Assembly: GCA_902591485.1 (NCBI GenBank)
Contig: CACJAV010000001.1
Coordinates: 142,945 to 206,944, forward strand
Direction: 5' to 3'
DNA length: 64,000 bases
DNA from: an uncultured Alphaproteobacteria bacterium
Lineage (GTDB): Bacteria > Pseudomonadota > Alphaproteobacteria > HIMB59 > GCA-002718135
Part shown: positions 9,114 to 19,207 of the stretch, piece by piece
Position numbering within the stretch: the stretch's first letter is position 1
Layout of the letters: each line of letters opens with the position of its first letter
Notes under the pieces: generated by a model
The model's input: the letters and a program-made list of their open reading frames with translations, nothing else
The model's database searches: none
Told to the model about the DNA's origin: nothing
Program-made: the position numbers and the translations under genes

Positions 9114-10235
9114 GTGAGCACTAACTTAGTAGCTATAACTATGCCTAAATGGGGCCTTTCGATGAAAGAAGGTTCAATTTTAAAATGGATTAAATCAAAT
9201 GGAGACAATATTTCAAAAGGAGATATGATTTTAGAAATTGAAACAGAAAAAGTTGTAAACGAAATGGAGTCACCTGAAGATGGTAAAATTTTAAAAATAT
9301 GTGCAAATGAGGGTGATACAGTACCTGTAGGATCAATAATTGCAGTTTGTGGCAAACAAGATGCATCTAATGAAGAAATTGATGCATTTATTGAGGAGTT
9401 TAATTCTAATTTTAAATCTGAAATTAATTTAGAAGAAGGTGAAGAAGATCTAAATGAGAAAATCAAAGTTTCAGATTTAGAAATAAATTTTATCAAAAAT
9501 ATAAATTCCAATAATGAAAATATTTTGTTCATTCATGGCTTCGGGGGAGATTTGAATAATTGGATGTTTAATCAGAACGAACTCTCAGAAAAATTTAATA
9601 CTTATGCAATTGATCTACCTGGGCATGGAATGTCAGAGAAAAATATACATAGCTCGACTTTAGATGATTTAGCAAATTTAATATCATCTTTTTGTATTGC
9701 TACTGATATTAATTCAGTAAATTTAGTAGGCCATTCTTTTGGGGCAGGCATTTCAATAAAAACTGCTTCTTTATACCCTGATCTAATAAATTCTTTAACA
9801 TTGATTAGCCCTATTGGTTTAGGAAAAGAAATTGACTCGGCTTATTTAGAAAATTTTATTAATGCTGAATCAAGAAGAGATTTAAAAAAAGAAATTGAAA
9901 AACTTTATTTTAACTCAGATATTATAACTCGTGATATGTTAAATGAAGTTTTAAAATCTTTAAGAATAGATAATGTTCAGTCCACTCTTTCAAAAATACA
10001 AAATGAAATTATCATTAATGGTGAACAAAAAAATAACTTAATAGATGAAATTAATTCTGCAAAAGTTCCTGTTTGTGTAGTTTGGGGCAAAGAAGATCAA
10101 ATTATTCCATCAAATCACCATGAAGTTTTAAACGATAGAATAAAAATAATCATAGAAAAAGATTGTGGGCACATGGCGCATATAGAAAAACCCTCAGTGG
10201 TTAATGATGCAATAAACTCTACAATTGTAGGTTAA
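9114..10235 (+). CDS. acoC: AcoC-type E2: lipoyl domain fused to an alpha/beta-hydrolase domain
   Basis: MPKWGLSMKEG and lipoyl-lysine ETEK, then HGFGGD, nucleophile GHSFG, GHMAHIE; GTG start. Confidence 0.82.
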   Translation: MSTNLVAITMPKWGLSMKEGSILKWIKSNGDNISKGDMILEIETEKVVNEMESPEDGKILKICANEGDTVPVGSIIAVCGKQDASNEEIDAFIEEFNSNFKSEINLEEGEEDLNEKIKVSDLEINFIKNINSNNENILFIHGFGGDLNNWMFNQNELSEKFNTYAIDLPGHGMSEKNIHSSTLDDLANLISSFCIATDINSVNLVGHSFGAGISIKTASLYPDLINSLTLISPIGLGKEIDSAYLENFINAESRRDLKKEIEKLYFNSDIITRDMLNEVLKSLRIDNVQSTLSKIQNEIIINGEQKNNLIDEINSAKVPVCVVWGKEDQIIPSNHHEVLNDRIKIIIEKDCGHMAHIEKPSVVNDAINSTIVG

Positions 10236-10328
10236 TTTAATTTTATATAAATTAAATTTATTAATTACCATTCTTTTATATAAATATTCTTTATAGATTT
10301 ATTCTCATAGTATTTTATATTTAGAATT

Positions 10329-11177
10329 ATGAAAATTGGTTTTAATATGTTGTTATGGACAACAAATCTTGTTGAAGATCAGTTTGATTTATTAACAAAG
10401 ATTAAGGATGTTGGTTACGATGGTGTTGAAATACCAATATTTGGTGGGGAAGAAAAAGTTTCTCATTTTGCTAATATTGGAAAAGCCCTAAAAGATAATG
10501 GATTAGACTGTACTAGTGTAACTGTCATTCCTGATGAAGATAGAAGTCCAATTAGCAACAATGAAAAGCAACGTGCAAATGCGTTAGAATATATGAAATG
10601 GGCAATCGATTGCAGTGCTGCATTGGGAAGTGAAATTTTAGCAGGTCCTTACTATCATCCACTAGGAGTTTTTTCGGGTGAGCCACCTTCACAAGAAGAA
10701 AAAGAAAATGGTGCAAAAGTTCATCAAGATGCTGCTGACTATGCTAAACAAGTATCTCTAAAACTATCAATTGAACCATTAAATAGATTTGAGTGTTATT
10801 TTTTGAATACCGGTAAAGATGCTTCAGATTATGTGGATTTAGTTAACCGTGATAATTTTGGTTATTTGTATGATACATTTCATGCGAATATTGAAGAAAA
10901 AGATCCGGTTGGTGTCATCAGTAAAACAATAAAAAACATAAACCATATTCATATATCTGAAAATGATCGTGGAACCCCAGGTAAAGGAAACATCCCTTGG
11001 ATAGAAACTTTTGATGCTATAAAAAACTCAGACTATGATGGTTGGTTAACCATAGAGGCTTTTGGTAGAGCATTGCCAGATTTGGCAGCTGCTACTCGAG
11101 TATGGAGAGATTTTTTTCCTTCAAAAGAAGAAGTTTACGAAGAAGGTTACAAATTTATCAAAAATAATCTTAATTAG
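10329..11177 (+). CDS. D-tagatose/D-psicose 3-epimerase family protein
   Basis: EPLNRFE, DTFHANIEE, HISENDRGTPG, TIEAF metal and catalytic residues. Confidence 0.85.
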   Translation: MKIGFNMLLWTTNLVEDQFDLLTKIKDVGYDGVEIPIFGGEEKVSHFANIGKALKDNGLDCTSVTVIPDEDRSPISNNEKQRANALEYMKWAIDCSAALGSEILAGPYYHPLGVFSGEPPSQEEKENGAKVHQDAADYAKQVSLKLSIEPLNRFECYFLNTGKDASDYVDLVNRDNFGYLYDTFHANIEEKDPVGVISKTIKNINHIHISENDRGTPGKGNIPWIETFDAIKNSDYDGWLTIEAFGRALPDLAAATRVWRDFFPSKEEVYEEGYKFIKNNLN

Positions 11178-12030
11178 ATTTAGTCTGATTTCTAATTACA
11201 AATACTCCTGAGAACGCAATTACTAATGCACCAACAATTGTAGGTATATCAGGTATGTCACTATAAAATATATAACCAAAAATAATTGCCCAAAAAATTA
11301 ATGTAAAATGAAATGGCTGTATTTTACTAGCTGGCGCTCTTGCTAGACCAATTATTAGAGAATAATGAGCGAGCGTCATCATTACTCCAATTAGAGGCAA
11401 AATAAAAAAAGAAAAATAAGTTAATGGATGCCAATAATACAACGCTAAAGCCGTTATAATAACTAGACCAAATATAGATGTAAAGAATAGAGATGTTTCA
11501 TCTGAGTCATATTCAGAAGCCTTCTTTGTTATCACCTGATACAATGCAAAGAAAAATCCAGCACCTAAAGGCAGAAGTGATTTAATATCAAAAATATCAA
11601 AACCTGGCCTTAAAATAATCAATACTCCAATAAAACCAAAAATAATAACAGCCCATAACGCTCTTTCAATTTTTTCTCTTAAAATAAACATCGACAAAAT
11701 CACAACAAATACTGGAGCTAAAGAGGCAACACTATGAGCTGTTGCAAGAGATAAATATTTAAAAGAAGAAACAAAAAAAACAGTTTCAATTACAGAAACA
11801 ATAGATCTACCTAATTGAATTTTTATATTTTTCGTTTTGTAAAAAAATTTATTTTGTTTTCTTCTTGACTCTATGAAGGAAACAATAAGCAAAAAAAGAT
11901 ATCTAAAAAAAATTATTTGAAAAATAGTATGATTAATTGTTGCATATTTTTGTATGACATCAGATGAAGCAAAAATAAAGAAAGCTAAAGCTCCAAAGAA
12001 AATTCCAATATTTTCTCTTGATTTAATCAA
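11170..12030 (-). CDS. DMT/EamA family transporter
   Basis: About 10 TM helices, LREKI...GFIGVLIILRPG pattern. Confidence 0.88.
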   Translation of the reverse strand: MIKSRENIGIFFGALAFFIFASSDVIQKYATINHTIFQIIFFRYLFLLIVSFIESRRKQNKFFYKTKNIKIQLGRSIVSVIETVFFVSSFKYLSLATAHSVASLAPVFVVILSMFILREKIERALWAVIIFGFIGVLIILRPGFDIFDIKSLLPLGAGFFFALYQVITKKASEYDSDETSLFFTSIFGLVIITALALYYWHPLTYFSFFILPLIGVMMTLAHYSLIIGLARAPASKIQPFHFTLIFWAIIFGYIFYSDIPDIPTIVGALVIAFSGVFVIRNQTKSN

Positions 12031-12035
12031 TATAT

Positions 12036-12680
12036 TTAGAGATTTTGAATTGCCTCATGAAATGTTCTAAAAATTAGAGCACTAGAAGCTGCTCCAGGAT
12101 CAATATGCCCCCTACTTCTTTCACCAAGTTTACTTGATCTGCCTTTTTTTGATAACATTTCTTTAGTTGAAAGCATTGATTCATTTGCAGCATGTGAACC
12201 TTTTTCTAAAATTTCGATAATATCCTCTGTGTTGTTTGAAGTTTCTTTTATTTTTTCTGCAGTTGGTAACCACACATCAAGCATAGTTTTATCACCAAGA
12301 TTAGCTTTACCTCTATCCTGAATTCCATTTGCTGCTGCCTCAAAAAAATCAGAAATATGAGAGCTATTAATAACAAATAAATCTTTTAATTTTGCTCCTC
12401 CCCTCATCAGAGCTGTAGCATACAGTGGACCTGCTGAAGCTCCAACAGCACTTAAAAAACTTGAAGCTATTTGCATACAAATTTTATCAAATGTTAAATT
12501 ATCATCAAGGGTTGTTATTTTTTCTTTTACAGCATTCCAGCCAATGCTCATAGTAACACCGTGATCCCCATCTCCTGTGGCCCTGTCTAACTCTGATAAA
12601 TAATCTTTTTCTTTTTCAACATTGTCACATATTGATAAAATAATTTGGATAAATTCATTGGTGTTTAATTCTTTTTTCAT
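12036..12680 (-). CDS. dhaL: Dihydroxyacetone kinase L subunit (DAK2); probably part of an erythrulose kinase
   Basis: LDRATGDGDHG, GASAGPLY, GDKTMLD, GRSSKLGERS, DPGA motifs. Confidence 0.88.
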   Translation of the reverse strand: MKKELNTNEFIQIILSICDNVEKEKDYLSELDRATGDGDHGVTMSIGWNAVKEKITTLDDNLTFDKICMQIASSFLSAVGASAGPLYATALMRGGAKLKDLFVINSSHISDFFEAAANGIQDRGKANLGDKTMLDVWLPTAEKIKETSNNTEDIIEILEKGSHAANESMLSTKEMLSKKGRSSKLGERSRGHIDPGAASSALIFRTFHEAIQNL

Positions 12681-12684
12681 TTTT

Positions 12685-13433
12685 TTAAGCTAATTTACAT
12701 ATATCTATAAAATTATTAGCATTAATTGCAGATCTTCCAATAAATATTCCATCTAGATCACTAATTTTTAATAATTTTTTTGCATTAAGCTTGTTTACAC
12801 TACCTCCATAAATAATAATTATCTGATTCTGAGAAAAATTTAATTTTTTTACAAAATATTCACGTATTATTTTTATAGTTTCTGATACATATATAGCGCT
12901 TGCAGCATTATTTTTTCCAATAGCCCAAACAGGCTCATAGGCTAAAATTATTTTTTTATTTTGTTTTAAATTAATATTTTTAAACATTGTATTAATTTTT
13001 TTAATTAATTCTTTTTTTCTAAATACAATATTTGATATTTTTTTTTCTTCACCAAAGCATACTAATGGTATTAAATTATTTTTAATTGCCTGAATTATTT
13101 TTTTATTTACTAGAATGTCAGTCTCATTAAAATATTTGTATCTTTCTGCATGTCCAATTTCAACTATTTTGCAACCGCAAGACTTAACCATAGCAGCAGA
13201 GATTTCACCTGTATATGGACCATAATCTTCATGGTGAATATTTTGAGATCCAAGTATAATTGGTAATTCTTTTAAATATTTTTGAAATGTTGTTAAGGAT
13301 GTGTAGGGTGGAATTATAAAAAAATTAAAATTTTTTTTTTAAGATATTTTTTGTTCCTTATTAGCGTATCTATGTATCGATGAGTTTGAATAATATTATT
13401 ATTCATTTTCCAACTTGTACCAATCCACTTCAT
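12685..13433 (-). pseudogene. TIM-family L-erythrulose-1-phosphate isomerase (EryH/LerI-like), frameshifted in an A10 run as given
   Basis: ATG at 13433 gives MKWIGTSWKMN; the frame breaks at T10 (13331-13340). Adding one A restores ...NFNFFIIPPYT...GEIS...GHAER...AYEPVWAIG...YGGSV...FIGRSA (249 aa). May be a sequencing error. Confidence 0.8.
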
Positions 13434-13442
13434 AATTTTATC

Positions 13443-14441
13443 CTAAACTCTAAACATAGAGCATAATGTTTCACGCTCTAATAATGGTTGCAATTCTTCA
13501 TCTAATTTCATCAATGTAATGGAAGCTCCATTCATTTCCAAAGAGGTTACATATTCGCCAACAAAAGAAGAATGAATTTCAATTTGATTTTTATTCAATA
13601 TTTCGTAAGTTTTTCGGTACATAATATAAAGCTCCATAAGAGGTGTAGAGCCTAAACCATTTACCAAAACACTTACTTTTTTTGATCCATCCATTTCATT
13701 AAGTATTTTATCCATTAGTTCGGTAGTGATTTCATCAGCTGATTGTAATGGACCCTTTCTAACACCTGCTTCACCATGAATTCCTAGACCTATTTCCATT
13801 TCATTATCTTCTAATACAAAGCTAGGTTCTAATGTATGAGGGAGAGAGCATGGACCAAGTGCAACACCCATAGAGATAGTCATATCATTTGCTTTTTCTG
13901 CTAAACGACATACATCATCTAATTCCATCCCCATATCAGCAGCAGCACCTGCAATTTTAAATACATAAAAATCTCCCGCTACGCCTCTTCTTTCAGATTT
14001 TTTATCAAGTGGTGCTGAAGCTATATCATCAGTAACTAAAACAGTTTTAACAGGTATGTCTTCCATCTGACACATTTCAGCAGCCATATCAAAATTCATT
14101 ATATCTCCAGCATAGTTGCCATACATATATACTACGCCTTTTCCACCATTAATGGCTTTAGTTGCATCAACAATAGGATCTGGTGAAGGTGATGCAAAAA
14201 CATTTCCGATAGCTGCACCATCTGCTAAACCTTTTCCAACATATCCTAAAAATGCAGGTTCATGCCCAGAGCCTCCTCCAATCAATACACCAACTTTATC
14301 TTTAATGGGTGCATCTTTCCTAACAACTGCTCTTTTATTATTGTTTGCAAACTTTAACAAATCGCTGTGAGCAAGAACTATACCCTCAACCATTTCATCA
14401 ACAACTTGATATGGATCATTAATAATTTTTTTAAAAGCCAT
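13443..14441 (-). CDS. dhaK: Dihydroxyacetone kinase K subunit (DAK1); probably part of an erythrulose kinase
   Basis: GGGSGHEP, GNVFASP, NYAGDIMNF, RRGVAG, GIHGEAG, TSLEMNG; start placed at MAFKK (ORF track begins 14468). Confidence 0.9.
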   Translation of the reverse strand: MAFKKIINDPYQVVDEMVEGIVLAHSDLLKFANNNKRAVVRKDAPIKDKVGVLIGGGSGHEPAFLGYVGKGLADGAAIGNVFASPSPDPIVDATKAINGGKGVVYMYGNYAGDIMNFDMAAEMCQMEDIPVKTVLVTDDIASAPLDKKSERRGVAGDFYVFKIAGAAADMGMELDDVCRLAEKANDMTISMGVALGPCSLPHTLEPSFVLEDNEMEIGLGIHGEAGVRKGPLQSADEITTELMDKILNEMDGSKKVSVLVNGLGSTPLMELYIMYRKTYEILNKNQIEIHSSFVGEYVTSLEMNGASITLMKLDEELQPLLERETLCSMFRV

Positions 14442-14498
14442 TTCGTTATTAAACATTTTTTTATTCAAAATATCAATAATAATGTATAATAAATTTTA

Positions 14499-14948
14499 AT
14501 GGAAAAACATAAAGTAATTTTAGGAGCTGATCATTTAGGTCTACCATTAAAAAATTCAATTAAAGAACATTTAGTTAATAATAATTACGAAGTCGAAGAT
14601 ATTGGAGTCAATGAGAACAACCCTATAGATTATCCTGATATAGGGGAAAAATTAGCTAAAGAAATTGCTAGTTCAAGATATCAGAGAGGAATTCTTTTTT
14701 GTGGAACCGGTGCTGGAATGGCTATCGTTGCTAATAAAGTTAAGGGAGTAAGAGCAGTGTGTATTAATGACCCGTATACAGCTGAGAGAGCAATTGCTTC
14801 TAATAATGCGCAAGTAATTACCATGGGAACTCTCATCACTGGTCCAGAAGTTGCTAAAAAACTAGTTGATATTTGGCTTTCAAATGAATTTCAAGGTGGT
14901 GGATCAGCTAAAAAAGTTGAAAAGATAAATAATCTTGATCAATTATAA
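14499..14948 (+). CDS. RpiB/LacAB family sugar-phosphate isomerase (possibly DerI/EryI-like)
   Basis: GADHLG, DYPD, CGTGAG, ANKVKGVRA; C-terminal SNNAQ and FQGGGS deviate from canonical HNNAN and FEGGRH. Confidence 0.88.
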   Translation: MEKHKVILGADHLGLPLKNSIKEHLVNNNYEVEDIGVNENNPIDYPDIGEKLAKEIASSRYQRGILFCGTGAGMAIVANKVKGVRAVCINDPYTAERAIASNNAQVITMGTLITGPEVAKKLVDIWLSNEFQGGGSAKKVEKINNLDQL

Positions 14949-15041
14949 ATTTCCCAAAAAAAATATATAAAAAAAGTTTATTGGTTTTTAATTTCTATCA
15001 AATAATCCTATACTTCAAGTTAATTTAAACTTGGAGGAAAA

Positions 15042-16184
15042 TTGAGTAAATTAAAATTAGGTATGGTAGGTGGCGGACAAGGTGCTTTCATTGGCTCTGT
15101 CCACCGTATTGCATCAAGAATTGATGATCATTATGAGTTAGTTGCTGGATCTTTAGCTAGCAATCCTGAAGTTGCACATGCATCTGCTAAAGAATTGGGA
15201 ATTGCAGAAGATAGATCTTATTCGACATTTTTAGAAATGGCTGAAAAAGAATCTAATTTAGAAAATGGAATAGATGTTGTTGCTATTGTTACACCTAATC
15301 ATCTTCATTATCCAATCGCTGAAGCTTTTCTTAAGAAAGGCATACATGTTATTTGTGATAAACCACTTACACATAATTTAGAAGATGCTGAAAAATTTTT
15401 TGAGTGTGTAAAAAATTCGAAAGCTTTATTCGCATTAACACATAATTACACAGGCTACCCAATGGTGAGACAAGCAAGAGAAATGTGTCGCAATGGATCA
15501 ATTGGAAAATTAAGAGTGATACAAGTTGAATATGCGCAAGATTGGCTGACATTACCAATTGAAAATGAAGGTCAAAAACAAGCATCATGGAGAACTGACC
15601 CATCAAAAGCTGGAATGGGTGGATCTATTGGAGATATTGGGAGTCATGCATTTAATTTAGCAGACTTTATTACTGGTGCAAAACTAACAGAATTATGTGC
15701 AGACATTAGCAACTTTGTTGAAGGCAGAAAAAATGATGATAATGCTCATGTGCTGTTGAGATATGAAAATGGCGTTAAAGGCATGTTATGGTCATCTCAG
15801 GTAGCTCCAGGAAATGAAAATGCTCTAAAAATTAGAATTTATGGAGATAAAGGTGGTTTGGAGTGGGAACAAGAAAATCCAAATTATTTAAGGGTTGATA
15901 TATTTGGCGAAGCAAAAAAAATAATTCGACGAGCAGGAAATGAAACTACAGATGTTGCTGGACGAGTAACAAGAATACCACCAGGACATCCAGAAGGTTA
16001 TTTAGAAGGTTTTGCAAATATATATTCCGATTTTGCTAAACAAATACACGCTATCAAAAATAATCAAAAAATAGAAGATGAGTTACTCTTAGTTCCATCA
16101 ATTGAAGATGGACTAAAAGGTGTAAAATTTATTTCTGCAGTTGTTGAATCTGGTTTGGGTGGAAGTAAGTGGTTAAAATTCTAA
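15042..16184 (+). CDS. Gfo/Idh/MocA family oxidoreductase
   Basis: GMVGGGQGAFIG, TPNHLH, CDKP, GDIGSH, PPGHPEGY; TTG start with GGAGG SD. Confidence 0.92.
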   Translation: MSKLKLGMVGGGQGAFIGSVHRIASRIDDHYELVAGSLASNPEVAHASAKELGIAEDRSYSTFLEMAEKESNLENGIDVVAIVTPNHLHYPIAEAFLKKGIHVICDKPLTHNLEDAEKFFECVKNSKALFALTHNYTGYPMVRQAREMCRNGSIGKLRVIQVEYAQDWLTLPIENEGQKQASWRTDPSKAGMGGSIGDIGSHAFNLADFITGAKLTELCADISNFVEGRKNDDNAHVLLRYENGVKGMLWSSQVAPGNENALKIRIYGDKGGLEWEQENPNYLRVDIFGEAKKIIRRAGNETTDVAGRVTRIPPGHPEGYLEGFANIYSDFAKQIHAIKNNQKIEDELLLVPSIEDGLKGVKFISAVVESGLGGSKWLKF

Positions 16185-16198
16185 TATAGGAGGTTTAA

Positions 16199-17347
16199 AT
16201 GAAAAAGAAATTAAGAGTGGGTATGATTGGTTATGGCTTTATGGGAAAAGCTCATACAAATGCTTTTCGTCAAGCTGCCAAATTTTTTCCAGATCTTCCA
16301 TATGAGCCTGAATTAAAAATGTTTTGTGCAAGAAATGAAGAACGTGCAAAAAGTTTTGCCTCTAATTGGGGATATGAAAAAGTTGTTACTGATTGGAAAG
16401 AAGTCGTTGAGAGTAAAGAAATAGATGTGATAGACATATGTGCACCTAATAATATGCACCGTGATATTGCGATTGCTGCGGCGGAAAATGGTAAGTGGGT
16501 ATTAACAGAGAAACCTCTTTCACTTAATGTTTCAGAGGGAGAAGAGATGGTTGCAGCTGTTGAAAAAGCAGGTGTTCCTAATATGGTTTGGTACAACTAC
16601 AGACGAATACCTTCTGTAACACTGGCAAAAAATATCATCGATAGAGGATCTTTAGGCAGAATATTTCATTATCGAGCTAATTTTCTTCAAGATTGGACAA
16701 TTTCATCTGATTTACCACAAGGTGGAGAGGGTTTATGGAGACTAGATGTTGATGTAGCAGGAAGTGGCGTAACTGGAGATTTGTTAGCACATTGTATTGA
16801 TACTGCTATGTGGCTAAATGGTGCGATTACTGAAGTAAGTGCAATGACTGAAACATTTATAAAAGAGAGAACACATAGTCTTACTGGAAAAGTTCAAAAG
16901 GTTGGGATTGATGACGCATGTGCATTTCTTGCTAAATTTGAAAATGGATCATTAGCAATATTTGAGTCAACACGATATGCTCGTGGTCATAAGGCTTTAT
17001 ATACATTTGAAATTAATGGAGAAAATTCTTCAATTGCATGGGACTTACATGATCTGCATCGTTTAAAATATTTTGATCATAGTGATGAGTCAATTGTACG
17101 TGGTTGGAGAGATATACATGTTACAGATGGTGATCAACCCTATATGGATAAATGGTGGGTGCCTGGACTTAATATAGGATTTGAACATTCTTTTACACAC
17201 GGAGTTGCTGATTTCTTAGCTTCCGTTGACAGTGAAAATAAAGCTCAACCAGATTTTAGAAATGCATTACAAACACAAAAAGTTTGTGAAGCAGTAATTA
17301 ATTCTGGAAATACTAAGCAATGGCATAAAACAAATGTTGAACTCTAA
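16199..17347 (+). CDS. Gfo/Idh/MocA oxidoreductase, levoglucosan-dehydrogenase-like subfamily
   Basis: [40 protein letters not shown]; SD AGGAGG. Subfamily resemblance is from memory. Confidence 0.88.
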   Translation: MKKKLRVGMIGYGFMGKAHTNAFRQAAKFFPDLPYEPELKMFCARNEERAKSFASNWGYEKVVTDWKEVVESKEIDVIDICAPNNMHRDIAIAAAENGKWVLTEKPLSLNVSEGEEMVAAVEKAGVPNMVWYNYRRIPSVTLAKNIIDRGSLGRIFHYRANFLQDWTISSDLPQGGEGLWRLDVDVAGSGVTGDLLAHCIDTAMWLNGAITEVSAMTETFIKERTHSLTGKVQKVGIDDACAFLAKFENGSLAIFESTRYARGHKALYTFEINGENSSIAWDLHDLHRLKYFDHSDESIVRGWRDIHVTDGDQPYMDKWWVPGLNIGFEHSFTHGVADFLASVDSENKAQPDFRNALQTQKVCEAVINSGNTKQWHKTNVEL

Positions 17348-17358
17348 GCTAATTCAAA

Positions 17359-18195
17359 ATGTCTTTTAAATATTCTTACAATACAATTGTCTATTCAGGT
17401 GAAGATTATCTTACTCAAGTAAAAAGATTAAATAAATTTGGGTATGATGGCATTGAACTTGTTGGAGAACCCAGTTGGTACAACTTCAATGAAGTAAATA
17501 AATTGAATGAAGAATATAACATTAAAGTAAATTCCATATGTTCAATATTTACGAGTGAAAGAGATTTAATCAATCCTGAAAAATCAATGCGAATAAAAGC
17601 AATAGATTATTGCAAACAAATAGCAGACATGGGGGCAGAAATTCAATCAACCACAATGATCGTAGCCCCCTCTCCTGTTGGTAAAATTGAATCAATAAAA
17701 TCTGAAGAGGAAGAAATGAAATATGCAATTGAGTCCATCCAGCAAGTTGGCGAGTATGCCCAAAAAGCTGGCATTAGTATATCCATAGAACCTTGGAATA
17801 GATATGAAACATATTTTATAAATAGATTAGAACAAGCTGAAAAAATTTTGGATGCATTGGACTTAACAAATGCAGGTATTCATGGTGATACATTTCATAT
17901 GTCTATTGAGGAAGTTAATATTGCAAACGCATATAGAAAAATTGGATCTAAATTAAACCATTGTCATATCGCTGACTCTAATCGAGCAGCACCAGGTACT
18001 GGTCACACTGATTTCAGACCAATTCTTCAAGCATTAAAAGATATTAATTTTAGTAATTACATAACTATGGAACTGATTCCTCCAGTGTCTGATCCTTTTG
18101 CTTGCGTTAGAGGTGGTAGAGCTGAAGAGTTCAAAGATAATTACACTGAACAATCAATTAATCATTTAAAAAGTATCGAGAAAGATCTAGAATAA
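17359..18195 (+). CDS. Sugar phosphate isomerase/epimerase (ketose 3-epimerase-like TIM barrel)
   Basis: EPWNRYE, DTFHMSIEE, HIADSNRAAPGTGH. Confidence 0.87.
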   Translation: MSFKYSYNTIVYSGEDYLTQVKRLNKFGYDGIELVGEPSWYNFNEVNKLNEEYNIKVNSICSIFTSERDLINPEKSMRIKAIDYCKQIADMGAEIQSTTMIVAPSPVGKIESIKSEEEEMKYAIESIQQVGEYAQKAGISISIEPWNRYETYFINRLEQAEKILDALDLTNAGIHGDTFHMSIEEVNIANAYRKIGSKLNHCHIADSNRAAPGTGHTDFRPILQALKDINFSNYITMELIPPVSDPFACVRGGRAEEFKDNYTEQSINHLKSIEKDLE

Positions 18196-18200
18196 TTATT

Positions 18201-19148
18201 ATGCCAAAGAAATATGATACCACAGTTTTAGGATTAGTTGTTTTAGATATATTGGGAAGACCTGTTTCAAAAATTCCTGATGGAGGTAATCTTGCTTACA
18301 TTGATGAATTAAGATTAACTGTTGCTGGAACAGCTGGAGGAACTGTAATAGACTGTGCTAAGCTAGGCGTATCGACTTTGGGAGTTGGTGCAGTTGGAGA
18401 CGATGAAAAAGCAGATTTTGTAATATCAACTCTAGAAAAATTTGGTGTTGATACCATTGGTTTTGAAAGACTAAAAGGAATACCTACATCATCAACAATT
18501 TTAAATATAAGACCTAATGGAGAAAGGCCAGCTTTACACTTAAGAGGTGCTTGTGATTATTTTCTTCCACCAGAAAAAGGAAAGGTGGATATATATGATT
18601 GTAAAGTTTTTCACCTTGGCGGTACTGGTTTACTTAAAAAACTTGATGGTCCAGTATCAGTAAATATATTAAAAGAAGCCAAGAGCAGAGGTTGCATTAC
18701 TACATGGGATTTAATCGGAGCAACTGAAGAGACAGCAAGTATTGTTGACCCTCTTCTCCCCTACATTGATTATTTTATGCCTAGTATTGAAGAGGCAAGT
18801 ATAATGTGTGGCCTAGAAAAACCTGAGGATGTTGCACAATATTATTTAGATGGAGGAGTCAAAAACTGCGTACTAACTATGGGTGGCGAAGGTTCTTTAT
18901 TCATGAATAAGGATAATAAAATAATTACTCCAGCTTTTGATATTAAGGTAGTTGATACAACAGGGTGTGGAGATGCGTTTGACGCAGGTATGATTGTTGC
19001 ATTAATTAAAGAAATGGATATCGAAACTTCTCTAAAATTTGCTACAATTACATCAGGTCTCGTTGCAACCGGATTAGGTTCTGATGCAGGTATTGTAAAT
19101 TTTGAAGACTGCATAGAAAAAATGAACACCTTTAAAATTAAACAATAA
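18201..19148 (+). CDS. PfkB/ribokinase family carbohydrate kinase
   Basis: AGTAGG, GAVGDD, DTTGCGDAFDAG signature. Confidence 0.92.
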   Translation: MPKKYDTTVLGLVVLDILGRPVSKIPDGGNLAYIDELRLTVAGTAGGTVIDCAKLGVSTLGVGAVGDDEKADFVISTLEKFGVDTIGFERLKGIPTSSTILNIRPNGERPALHLRGACDYFLPPEKGKVDIYDCKVFHLGGTGLLKKLDGPVSVNILKEAKSRGCITTWDLIGATEETASIVDPLLPYIDYFMPSIEEASIMCGLEKPEDVAQYYLDGGVKNCVLTMGGEGSLFMNKDNKIITPAFDIKVVDTTGCGDAFDAGMIVALIKEMDIETSLKFATITSGLVATGLGSDAGIVNFEDCIEKMNTFKIKQ

Positions 19149-19207
19149 TTTTTATTACTGGTGAAAAATAATTATTATTTTTTAAAAAATAATATAACTA
19201 ATAAAAT

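Noticed and set aside
12685-13191. Calling the 168-aa ORF a truncated housekeeping tpiA
   Set aside because: The N-terminus exists upstream in another frame, and the motifs fit the EryH/LerI paralog.
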